In this document: positions 7,884 through 17,700 of the stretch, piece by piece
Layout of the letters: each line of letters opens with the position of its first letter
Position numbering within the stretch: the first letter of the stretch is position 1
Assembly: GCA_947088135.1 (NCBI GenBank)
Contig: CAMUFJ010000007.1
Span: 2,870-66,869 of the forward strand
Direction: 5' to 3'
DNA length: 64,000 bases
Source: an uncultured Clostridia bacterium
GTDB lineage: Bacteria > Bacillota > Clostridia > Christensenellales > Borkfalkiaceae
Notes under the pieces: generated by a model
What the model saw: only the letters and a program-made list of their open reading frames with translations
What the model was told of the DNA's origin: nothing
Database searches by the model: none
Position numbers and translations under genes: made by a program

Positions 7884-7968
7884 TGGTGGGAAGAGGTGGA
7901 TTCGAACCACCGAAGTCGTAGACGTCAGATTTACAGTCTGATCCATTTGGCCGCTCTGGAATCTTCCC
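7884..7968 (-). tRNA. tRNA-Tyr (GTA), class II with a long variable arm and encoded CCA
   Basis: The reverse complement reads GGGAAGA...CAGACTGTAAATCTG...GGTTCGAATCC...TCTTCCCACCA. The anticodon loop is CTGTAAA. Confidence 0.9.
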
Positions 7969-7990
7969 TTATTTAGTTGTGGTTTACCGA

Positions 7991-8066
7991 TGGAGCCGGT
8001 GGCAGGAATCGAACCTGTAACCTGCTGATTACAAATCAGCTGCTCTGCCAGTTGAGCTACACCGGC
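7991..8066 (-). tRNA. tRNA-Thr (TGT), encoded CCA
   Basis: The reverse complement reads GCCGGTGTAGCTCAACTGGCAGAGCAGCTGATTTGTAATCAGC...GGTTCGATTCC...ACCGGCTCCA. Confidence 0.9.
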
Positions 8067-8070
8067 AAGG

Positions 8071-8146
<76 letters not shown>

Positions 8147-8168
8147 ATGTGTGCCTTTTTCAAGACAC

Positions 8169-8194
8169 GAGCCTCATTCCTCGGAATGAGGCTC
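8169..8194. other. 10-bp hairpin in the tRNA-Asp/tRNA-Phe spacer
   Basis: GAGCCTCATT-cctcgg-AATGAGGCTC by direct reading. Confidence 0.5.
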
Positions 8195-8198
8195 TGTT

Positions 8199-8275
8199 TG
8201 GCGACCCGAAACGGGCTCGAACCGTCGACCTCCAGCGTGACAGGCTGGCGCTCTAACCAACTGAGCTATTGGGCC
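8199..8275 (-). tRNA. tRNA-Asp (GTC), encoded CCA
   Basis: The reverse complement reads GGCCCAATAGCTCAGTTGGTTAGAGCGCCAGCCTGTCACGCTGG...GGTTCGAGCCC...GGGTCGCCA. The acceptor stem has one mismatch and one wobble pair. Confidence 0.85.
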
Positions 8276-8316
8276 GTATGGCGGCGGGACACCCCACGTT
8301 TTTGGTGTTCCCAAAA

Positions 8317-8393
8317 TGGTGGGCCTTCACGGACTTGAACCGCGGACCGATCGGTTATGAGCCGACTGCTCTAACCAACTGAGCTAAAGGCCC
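8317..8393 (-). tRNA. tRNA with a CAT anticodon (elongator Met or, more likely, lysidine-type Ile2), encoded CCA
   Basis: The reverse complement reads GGGCCTTTAGCTCAGTTGGTTAGAGCAGTCGGCTCATAACCGA...GGTTCAAGTCC...AGGCCCACCA. The CTCATAA loop and GGTTCAAGTCC arm resemble tRNA-Ile2(CAU), but identity cannot be settled from sequence alone. Confidence 0.85.
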
Positions 8394-8426
8394 GCTATCA
8401 GGGTTCCGCAACCGCAATGCTTGATT

Positions 8427-8455
8427 ATCATATTATAAATCCGACGAAATGTCAA
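8427..8455 (-). promoter_or_regulatory. Sigma-A-type promoter of the tRNA operon
   Basis: The minus strand reads TTGACA-17 nt-TATGAT, ending about 30 nt upstream of the first tRNA. Confidence 0.6.
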
Positions 8456-8590
8456 GTGTTTTTAAGCAATTTTCAGAAAAACCGAAAACTTTTTTTTCGA
8501 CTTCTTTCCCCAAGAAAAGGCTTAGCTTGTCAAATTTCTCTCCTTGTTATCTGATACAATCTTGTTCAGGAGAAAAAAGAGGAGTTTTTC

Positions 8591-8899
8591 ATGAAAATAC
8601 AGGAGAATCGAAACGGAGAAAACCTCTACATTTATCTCACGGGAGAGTTGGACGAACATTCCGTGTGCGCGGTGCGGGAGCAGACGGACAGGCTCATCGA
8701 CGAAAACGCGGGGCTGTCGCGCGCGGTGTTCAATCTCGCGGGGATAAAATTTATGGATTCCACGGGAATCGGTTTTTTAATCGGGCGATATAAAAAACTG
8801 CAAAAATACGGCATGACGATGTATCTTGAAAACCCCAACGCGGGCGCGGACAAAATACTTGCATTGAGCGGAGTATATTCGCTGATGCCTAAGCTATAA
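8591..8899 (+). CDS. spoIIAA: Anti-sigma-F factor antagonist (STAS domain)
   Basis: 102 aa with GELD...FMDSTGIGFLIGRYK STAS features. It heads the spoIIAA-spoIIAB-sigF arrangement and has an AAGAGGAG RBS. Confidence 0.85.
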   Translation: MKIQENRNGENLYIYLTGELDEHSVCAVREQTDRLIDENAGLSRAVFNLAGIKFMDSTGIGFLIGRYKKLQKYGMTMYLENPNAGADKILALSGVYSLMPKL

Positions 8900-8908
8900 G
8901 GAGGGGTT

Positions 8909-9346
8909 ATGAACGAAATACAATTGAGAATTCCGGCGAAATCGGAAAACGAGCTGTTTGCACGCAATACGGTTGCGGCGTTTGCCCTGCCGCTCAACCC
9001 CAGCCTTTCCGAACTTTCCGACATAAAGACCGCCGTTTCGGAGGCGGTGACGAACTGTATCGTACACGGCTATGCGGGACAGGAGGGCTGGATCGAAATT
9101 GTTTGCAGAATCGAGGGGGAGTGCCTACATATTCAAATTTCCGACAGCGGAAAGGGGATAGCCGATCTCGAACAGGCGCTTACGCCCTTTTATACCACTC
9201 TGCCGGGAGAGGAGCGTTCGGGTATGGGATTCACCATTATGCAAACTTTTATGTCCACCTTTTCCGTACAGTCTCGTGCGGGGGCGGGCACGGTTGTAAC
9301 GATGAGCAAGGACTTCGGCGCAAGGGCGGAAGCAAATGCTCAATGA
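8909..9346 (+). CDS. spoIIAB: Anti-sigma-F factor / serine protein kinase
   Basis: FARNTVAAF...IKTAVSEAVTNCIVHGY and SGMGFTIM (GHKL kinase N and G boxes). The position within the operon fits. Confidence 0.88.
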   Translation: MNEIQLRIPAKSENELFARNTVAAFALPLNPSLSELSDIKTAVSEAVTNCIVHGYAGQEGWIEIVCRIEGECLHIQISDSGKGIADLEQALTPFYTTLPGEERSGMGFTIMQTFMSTFSVQSRAGAGTVVTMSKDFGARAEANAQ

Positions 9347-10061
9347 GGAGGAAACGCTCAGGCTGCTTGCGCTTGCGAAGGAAGGGGACAAGAGCGCGAA
9401 AGAATGCCTTCTGCAACATAATACTTCCCTCTTAAAGAGCATTTTAAAGCGCTATTTGGGAAAGGGCGTGGAATACGACGATTTATTCCAGCTTGCATGT
9501 ATGGGCTTTTTAAAGGCGATCGCGGGCTTCGACACCACTTACGGCGTACGCTTTTCCACCTACGCCGTGCCCATGATCGCGGGGGAAATCAAGCGGTTTT
9601 TGCGGGACGACGGCAGCGTAAAGGTTTCCCGTGCGCTTAAAAAGACGGCGCGTGAAATGAACCGCTATATCGAGAGCTATTCGATCGCGCACGGACGGCA
9701 GCCTACGGTAAAGGAGCTTGCGGCGGCGTTTTCGGTGGACGAGGAGGAAGTGGTGTTCACGCTCGGCTCTTCGAGAATGCCCGTTTCCATTTACGAACAG
9801 GCGGATTATAAAGACGAAAAATCGGTCAGCCTTGCGGAAAAGCTTCCCGCGAAGGACAATCAGGACGATATGATCGAGCGGTTGGTGCTTCGGCAAGCCA
9901 TTTCCAAGTTGCCCGAGCGGGAGCGGAAAATCGTGTTTCTGCGCTACTTCCGCGACATGACGCAGAGCGAAGTCGCCAAGGCGATCGGCGTATCGCAAGT
10001 GCAGATCTCCCGCATCGAGAGTAAGATCATGGCGCAGTTCAAAGAGGATCTGAGCGGCTGA
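9336..10061 (+). CDS. sigF: Sporulation sigma factor F
   Basis: Sigma-70 regions 2-4 are present (VRFSTYAVPMIAGEIKRFLRDDGSVKVSRALK; SQSEVAKAIGVSQVQISRIE). It overlaps spoIIAB by 11 nt. Confidence 0.88.
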   Translation: MLNEEETLRLLALAKEGDKSAKECLLQHNTSLLKSILKRYLGKGVEYDDLFQLACMGFLKAIAGFDTTYGVRFSTYAVPMIAGEIKRFLRDDGSVKVSRALKKTAREMNRYIESYSIAHGRQPTVKELAAAFSVDEEEVVFTLGSSRMPVSIYEQADYKDEKSVSLAEKLPAKDNQDDMIERLVLRQAISKLPERERKIVFLRYFRDMTQSEVAKAIGVSQVQISRIESKIMAQFKEDLSG

Positions 10062-10082
10062 TAACCGATAAATTTCATATGG

Positions 10083-10118
10083 AAAACGCCCGACCGCTTG
10101 CGGTCGGGCGTTCCTTTT
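10083..10118. terminator. Bidirectional intrinsic terminator between convergent sigF and degV
   Basis: CGCCCGACCG-cttg-CGGTCGGGCG followed by TTCCTTTT. Confidence 0.75.
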
Positions 10119-10125
10119 AAATTTT

Positions 10126-11058
10126 TTAAGCGTTGGTAGTAACCGTTTTCCCGTGCGGGACTACGGCGGAGGCCAAGGACTCGCTTTTGCGGTCCTTACC
10201 CATAAAGAAGAGGGCGAGCGTGCCGGGGCCGACGTGAATCCCCGAGCAAAGGTCGTAATATTCTACGATGACGTCGTTTGCGCCGTGCTCTTTTAAGATA
10301 CGGGCGAGCTCCAAGGCGTCTTCCTCGCAGTCCGCATGGGCGATGGCGACCGTCTGCGTTTCGGGACGGACGACGTATTTATCAAACGCTTCCACCAAAG
10401 AGGAGATCGCTTTCTTTCTCCCGCGCACCTTGCCGAAAGCGGAAATTTTAGCGGGCGTTCCGCCGTCTGCGCGCAACAGGGGTTTGATGTTGAGAAGGGT
10501 GCCTGCGATGGCGAGCGTACGGGAAATCCGTCCTCCCTTTCTTAAATATTTCAAATCGTCTACCGTGAGAAAACTGTTCATTTTATAAGCGTTGCGGTTG
10601 ATCCACTCGGCGCAAGCCTCCGCGCTCTCGCCCATTGCGCGCAAATCTGCCGCTTTGAGTGCAAGCAGTCCCTCGCCCAACGAAGCGTTCGCGCTGTCGA
10701 GTACGAAAACTTTTTGCTTGGGGAAACGGCTTTCGAGCGTCTTCTTTGCGTTGAGAGCTTGATTGTACGTCCCGCTGATGCCGGATGCAATGGTGATGAG
10801 AAGGGCGTCTTTTCCCGCTTCCAAAGTGGGGGTGAGGGCTTCTACGAAGCGCTCTTCCACAATGAGGGAAGTCTTCACGTCCGCGTTTTCCCGCATTTTA
10901 TGATAGAATTCTTTTGCGAGCTCGGAAAAGTTTGCGTCTTCGGTGCAAGAAAACTCTTCGCCGTCGATGGTGCAAATGTAGGGAATCACCCGAATATTGT
11001 CCCGCAGGTTGTCGGGGATGTTTGCCGACGAATCTACGAAAATATCAAAATCTGCCAT
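10126..11058 (-). CDS. DegV-family fatty-acid-binding protein
   Basis: 310 aa with the typical DegV N-terminus (FVDSSANIP) and overall pattern. GGAGG RBS upstream. Confidence 0.8.
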   Translation of the reverse strand: MADFDIFVDSSANIPDNLRDNIRVIPYICTIDGEEFSCTEDANFSELAKEFYHKMRENADVKTSLIVEERFVEALTPTLEAGKDALLITIASGISGTYNQALNAKKTLESRFPKQKVFVLDSANASLGEGLLALKAADLRAMGESAEACAEWINRNAYKMNSFLTVDDLKYLRKGGRISRTLAIAGTLLNIKPLLRADGGTPAKISAFGKVRGRKKAISSLVEAFDKYVVRPETQTVAIAHADCEEDALELARILKEHGANDVIVEYYDLCSGIHVGPGTLALFFMGKDRKSESLASAVVPHGKTVTTNA

Positions 11059-11534
11059 AATTGCCTCCTAAGCGACGTTACATCGCTTTTTTGTTTCGCT
11101 AATAGTTTACCACGGTTTCTTTTGAATTACACCCTATTTTTTGTTTTTTTTATTCTCCATGTAAATTTTTCGCTCTACGGAGGACGGAATGGATTCTACT
11201 CAAAGTTTTGGACTCTACTGTGGGTAGAATTGCTGTTATTTGCCTATTTCGGGCGATTTGCGCTCGGTGGGGGAGCGCGGCGAGCTGGCGGCGGTTTTTT
11301 CCGGCAGAAGAGGGCATATAAAAGCGTCCGTGCATTGTTTAGGGGGCGGGCGGAAGTACGGAAGCGCGGGGAGAGAAGCGCTTTGCATTTATGATGAATT
11401 GAAAAAAATGGGAAATACAACACTTTTGCAGGCATATTTTCCAAACAAGCGTCCGAATTTATTTCCAAAATACGCCGAAAATGCTTAAAAAAACGCGTTT
11501 TTCGTCCAAAAATGCAAAATGTGCCGAAAAACAG

Positions 11535-11564
11535 TTGCCAAAACCTACGCGTCTATATTATAAT
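11535..11564 (+). promoter_or_regulatory. Sigma-A-type promoter of the giant surface-protein operon
   Basis: TTGCCA-18 nt-TATAAT, about 180 nt upstream of the preferred start codon. Confidence 0.6.
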
Positions 11565-11643
11565 AAAGGCGCATTAATGTTTTAGTTTGCCAAACGACGG
11601 GCTTTTTTTGAATCAGCGAGTTTTTTGTTTCCCAACAAAAAAG

Positions 11644-11666
11644 GGAATCCGTGTGCCACGGATTCC
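11644..11666. other. Perfect 10-bp hairpin in the 5' leader (GGAATCCGTG-tgc-CACGGATTCC)
   Basis: Direct reading. The minus-strand version is followed by a T-run. Confidence 0.55.
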
Positions 11667-11741
11667 AAAAAGCTTATCCGGACGGCTGAAAACGGGAGGG
11701 TTTTCCCTGCGAACGCAATTCATGCGGGAAAAGGGGAGCTT

Positions 11742-14700
11742 ATGCAAAAAGAAAAACTCAACAATCGGTACGGTGAAAAACCGGCGAGCGGGGGCTTCTT
11801 GCTTACGCTTTCCTCAAACCGCCTGCGCGGGCTACGCACGGCGGGTCTTTTCATGCTGTTTATTTGTTTGTTGTTGAGCTTCGTATTCGGGTTCGGCTTC
11901 CGACGTTCCGATTCGAAGCAACTGACGGCACACGCTGCCGAAGACTGGGGCGCTACCTGGAACGCGGCGATCACGGCGAGTTCTACGGACAATCCGCAGA
12001 CGGTGAAACTTACCTCCGCTTGGGCAACCAATACGGGCACGACTTCGGGCAGCGGATTCAGCAGTAACCGTCTTTACGTTCCTGCGGGAAAGAGCATCGT
12101 ACTCAATCTCAACGGGCAGACGATCAACCGCGGGCTTACTTCCGCAAACAACTACGGCAGTGTGTTTTACGTATGCGGTACGCTTACCTTGCAGGGCAGC
12201 GGTTATGTCCGCGGCGGTTACATAAACGGCAGTTACAGCTCCGCCTACGGCGGAGGAATTCATATTGCAAGCGGCGGCGTCGTGAACATCGAGGGGCCTA
12301 CGATCGGACCTAACACTTCGAGAGCGGCGAATACCGCGGCGGGCGTTTACGTTGCAAGCGGAGGTACGCTGAATTTAAAGAGCGGAAATATCGGAAACAG
12401 CAGTAACGTGAACACCGCCACCAATTCCAACGCGGCGGGCGGCGTGTTCGTTGCTAGCGGCGGCGTCTTCAATATGACGGGCGGAGGTATCTACAACAAC
12501 TCCGCTTCGGGCACTAAGAGCGGTGCGGGCGTTCGCGTCGTAAGCGGCGGTACGTTTCATATGACGGGCGGAAACATCCGCCGCAATACCGCTTCGGGTA
12601 CGTACAGCGGTGCGGGCGTTTATCTCGACGGCACGATGAAGATGACGGGCGGTCAGATAGGCTATTACAGTTCTCAATCGTCGTCTTACTATAACAACGC
12701 CACAAATTCTACGGGCGCGGGCGGTTTGTACTATGCCGAGAACGGTAAACTTTCCGTGGGCGGAAGCGGGAGCATTTACTACAATCTCACTTCGGGTTCT
12801 TATACGAAGGATATCGTATTTGCTTCGGCAACCTCTAAAATCAACGTAATTTCTCAGATTTCAAGCACTTCGTACCGTTACGGCGTATACAAATCGGGAG
12901 CGGGCTCTTTTACTTCGGGCTGCGGAACGTACTGCACTTCTCCCGCCTCCGTTTTCGTCGTGCAAAACAGCGGTACGTACAAGAGCATGACGTTAACGGA
13001 TAACGGCGTAACGGAAGTCGCCCAAATCAATAAAACGAACGCCGCGGAAAACTGGTCTTACTTCGTACAAAAGAGTATCGATACCAAAACGCAGCAGACG
13101 GTAACGCTTTCGGCGAACTGGACTGCGAGCAGCGGGAACTTGGGCACGGGGACGGGTTTCAGTAGCGGCAGGATTTACGTGCCCGCAGGCGCGGATATCG
13201 TGCTTAATCTGAACGGCTACACCGTGGATAGGGGACTCACGAGTGCGAATAGTTACGGTAACGTGTTTTACGTTGCGGGTTCTCTCACCATTAAGGGCAC
13301 CGACGGCAGTTTTATCAAAGGCGGATATACCAACGCTTCCGGCAGCAATTCGCGCGGTGCGGCAATTACCGTAAACGGCGGTACTTTGAATTTGCAGGGA
13401 GGCGTGATCGGTTCAAACCGTTTAACTTCGTACAGTTCGAGCACGAGCTACACCGGTTCGAGCGGCGTTTACGTTATAAACGGCACGTTTAACATGACGG
13501 GCGGTTACGTCGGCAAGGCTTCCTACGGGAATACTGCCGCGTCGGGCGTTTACAATGCAGGCGGCGTCTGCGTAGCAGACGGCGGTACGTTCAATCTGTC
13601 TGGCGGGTATATTCAGAACAACACCGCTTCCTATACTTCCAACGGCGGCGCCGTCAGCGTTTTAAGCGGCGGTAAGTTTAATATGACGGGGGGGTATATC
13701 CGCAACAACACTGCGTCGAATGCGACGAGTGCGGGCGGCGTATTTTTGGCGTCCTCCGCAACCGCGACTTTTACGGGCGGACAAATCGGAAACAGTTCGA
13801 GTTATGCGAACAAGGGCACTTCCACAAACAGCGTGGGAGGGGTTTACGTTTCGAACGGCGCTTCGGTCAATTTGGGCGGAAGCGTCAGAATTACGGCAAA
13901 CACGGGCGCTATCGCGTCGAATTTGTATTTCGCTTCGGCTATCGGCAAGGCAACGGTCGTGAGCGCATTCAACAGCGCGAAGGTCGGTATCGTCAGAAAC
14001 GGAAACGCCGACAACTATGCCGTGAGCGGGGATAGACGCAATTTCACGGTAGATTATTCCAAATACAATACGGCGAGCCCTACGAGCTTTTTCACGGCGG
14101 ACGCTGTGGCGGACGGGCTTGCCACGCATGAAATTTACCTTGCGGAAGACGAAGCTTCCCTGAAATGTCTGGTGGGGAGTGCGAACTGGTCGTATGCCGT
14201 CGCGCGCAGTATTTCGGACAAGAGCACGCAAACGGTCACGCTCGCTTCCGCCTGGAAGGGGGTAAGCGGTTCTTTGGGCTCGGGCACGGGTTTCAGCAAC
14301 GGCAGAGCCTACGTGCCCGCAAACTCGAATATCGTGCTCAACCTCAACGGTTTTACGGTCAATCGCGGGCTTACCTCCACCAACAACTACGGAAGCGTGT
14401 TCTTCGTAGAAGGCACGCTCACCGTAAAGGGGAATTCGGCGAGCTATATTTCGGGCGGTTACACCAACAACGCTTACGGCGCGGGCGTTCACATTTTGAG
14501 CGGCGGCGTCGTGAATTTGGAAGGCGGCGTTATTGCCAAAAATACGGCTACCGCTACGTTCAGCGGCGGCGGCGTGTACGTCGCGAGCGGAGCGACCTTC
14601 AACATGAAGGGCGGATACGTAGGAAGCGGTTCTTCCGCGTATAACACCGCCACGAACGCCAATTCGGCGGGCGGCGTGTTCGTTGCAAACGGCGGAACGT

Positions 14701-17700
14701 TCAATATGAACGGCACCGCTGCAACGCCTTATATCTATTACAACCGTGCGAACGGTGCGACGAGCGGCGCGGGCGTGTATCTTGCCGGAAGCGGCGCGGT
14801 CTTCAACATGGAGGCGGGTTATATCCGCTTTAATACCGCTGCGGGCGCGACGAGCGGCGGCGGGGTCTACCTCAACGGCACCATGAACATGACGGGCGGA
14901 CAGATCGGGCGTTACGATAATACCGGTTACGGCAATACTGCGAGCAATACCGCGACGGGCGCGGGCGGTATCTATTATGCGGGCGGAAGCCTTTCCGTGG
15001 GCGGCGACGCGAGCGTTTACAACAACGTCAGCGGATCGTCTTACGGCAAGGACGTCGTATTCGCCAAGGAAACCCTGAAAATAAAATTTATCTCCGCCAT
15101 GAAAAGCACGAGTTACCGTTTCGGTATTTATAAAACGGGCGTGGGCGCTTTTACAACGGATTTCGGCAAATTCAACAGCGAGAACTATTATGCGACCTAC
15201 TTTGTCAATTACAATTCGTCCTATACCGTCGGGCGCGAAACGGTCAACTCGGTCGTAGAGGTTACGCTCGTCAGTACGGGCGGCGCGGAAAACTGGTCGC
15301 ACGCCGTCCAGCGGAGTTTGGAAACCAAAGAACAGCAGACGGTTACGCTTACGCAGAATTGGAATGCCAATGCTTCCAGCTTCGGCACGGGAACGGGCTA
15401 CGACGGCGGCAGGCTTTACGTGCCCGCAGGCGCGGATATCGTGCTCAGAATGGGCAGTTACAGCATCAACCGCGGGCTCACTTCCGCAAACAACTACGGA
15501 AGCGTGTTCTATGTGTGCGGTACGCTCACCATTCAAGGCAACAATACGTCCAATTATATCCGCGGCGGTTATGTAAACGGTTCGAACTCCACTGCCCGCG
15601 GCGGCGGCGCGCACGTTGCCAACGGCGGCGTATTAAACTTGCAGAGCGGTATTTTCGCGGGCAACAGCTCGACGGCGTCCTCTTACGGCGCGGGCGGCGT
15701 TTACGTTGCAAACGGCGGTACGTTCAATATGAGCGGCGGTTACGTCGGTTATAACAACACGACCAATTCGAACATTACTCTTAGGGGATACAATTACAGC
15801 TCCGGAACCAAGGGCGCGGGCGGCGTTGTGGTCATGAACAACGGTAAGTTCAACATGACGGGCGGCTATATCTACGGGAATACTGCGGGCGGCGCAACGA
15901 GCGGCGGCGGCGTGTTGCTGTACGAAGGCGCGACCATGACTTTGACGGCGGGCCGTATCGGCACAAGCTATGCAAACAGGGCGACCGGTACGGAGAGCGC
16001 GGGCGGCGTTTTCGTCATGAGCGGTGCGAATCTCATTCTCGGCGGCGGAGCTTGCTATATCAATAACAACACGGGCGCAGTTGCTCCCAACCTGTATTTC
16101 GCTTCGCCTACGGGCTATGCGACGATCGTCGGCAGCTTGTCGGGTACGATCGGCGTTAAGAGAAGCGGCGATGCCGATAACTACGCCGTCGATCCGAGCA
16201 AACGAAATATCACAAAGGATTATTCCAAATTCAACTCGTCGCTGGGTTGTTTTAAGGCGGACGACAGCGCCTATCACGTTGTTCAACTGCGGGACGGCGA
16301 AGTGGTTTTACACTGCAAACGGAGCAGTGCGAATTGGTCGTATGCGGTCGCGCGCAGTCTTGCGGATAAGAGCACGCAGACGGTCACGCTCGAAGAAAAT
16401 TGGGTTGGAACGAGCGGAAGTCTGGCGGGCATATATTCGACGGGTTTCAGTCAAGGCAGAATGTATCTGCCTGCGGGCACGTCGGTGATCCTCAATTTGG
16501 GGAGCTATTCCATCAACCGCGGTTTAACAAGCGTAAACAACTACGGAAGCGTTATGTATATCTGCGGAACGCTTACCATAAACGGCGGTTCGGGTACGTA
16601 CATACGGGGCGGTTACACCAACGGTTATTATTCGTCCACGTACGGCGGAGGCATTCACATAGCGAGCGGCGGGAACGTTACCATGAACGGGGGCGTTATC
16701 GGAAAGAATACGACGACGCACAGTTATGCGGGTGCGGGCGTTTACGTCGGGAGCGGCGCGGTATTCAACTTAAAGAGCGGGTACGTCGGCGCTTCGGGCT
16801 ATGCGAACACTGCTACGAATACATACAGCGCGGGCGGTGTTTACGTTGCGGACGGCGGCGTGTTCAATATGTCGTCGAATAGCGCAAACGTCATTTACAA
16901 CACGGCGTCTAACGCCAATTCGGGCGGCGGCATCTACGTTGCAAGCGGCGGAACGTTCAATATGACGGGCGGTTATATCCGCTACAATACCGCGTCGGGG
17001 GCGACGAGCGGCGGCGGCGTGTATTTGGCGGGCGTCATGAAAATGACGGGCGGAAACGTCGGGCGTTCCGGAAGTACGGGCTATGGGAATACGGCTTCGC
17101 AGGCTACGGGCGCAGGCGGTATTTACTATGCTTCGAGCGGCAATCTCTCCGTGGGGGGCGACGCGGTCGTTGCCAATAACATCACTTCGGGCAGTTACAC
17201 GAAGGATATCGTGTTTGCTTCCGAGAAATCGAAAATCAACGTCGTAAGCAACCTCGGTTACAGTACTTCGAGCTCAAGCTACCGTTTCGGAATTTACAAG
17301 ACGGGCGTAGGGGCGTTTACAAACGGTTTCGGAACTTACTCGAATAATACTTCTTACTATTCGCCTACCTTTATTTCGCAGAACAGCGCCTACACGCTGG
17401 GTACGGTGAAGGTAAATAACGTGCTCGAAGTATCGTTCACGAGCATTAACGGAACGGAAAATTGGTCGGAAGCGGTGAAACAGAGCCTCGCCAACAACGG
17501 CGCGCAACAGACGGTGAAACTCACGAGGAATTGGGTTGCGACAAGCGGAAGTTTCGGTACGACTACCGGCTATGCAAACGGCAGAATTTACGTGCCCGCG
17601 GGCGCGAATATCGTGCTCAATCTCAACGGCTACTCGGTAAACAGAGGACTTACGAGCGCGACCAATTACGGAAGCGTGTTCTACGTATGCGGTACGCTTA

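Noticed and set aside
8460-8590. Searched for Spo0A boxes or a sigma-H promoter upstream of spoIIAA
   Set aside because: Only partial matches (for example TTCGACT, TGTCAAA) were present, and no convincing -35/-10 pair could be supported by eye.
10714-11394. 226-aa plus-strand ORF, and the smaller ORFs at 11150..11488
   Set aside because: The first half is antisense to degV. The rest crosses the degV promoter region with no RBS and a low-complexity translation.
11625-11741. The upstream start of the giant ORF as given in the track (11625)
   Set aside because: The codon at 11625 is non-ATG, has no SD, and lies within the leader hairpin region. ATG 11742 follows AAGGGGAG and precedes the signal peptide, so 11742 is preferred. 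The start remains unverified.
13662-15614. A 650-aa minus-strand ORF, and similar antisense ORFs (17274..18539, 18804..20732, 22068..23894, 24003..25436, 25704..26738, 28290..30314), inside the giant gene
   Set aside because: They lie antisense to a continuous 21-kb frame that has clear domain logic. Their translations are Arg/Ala-rich low-complexity strings, as expected from G+C-rich Gly/Ala/Thr codon repeats. They have no RBS or recognisable motifs.
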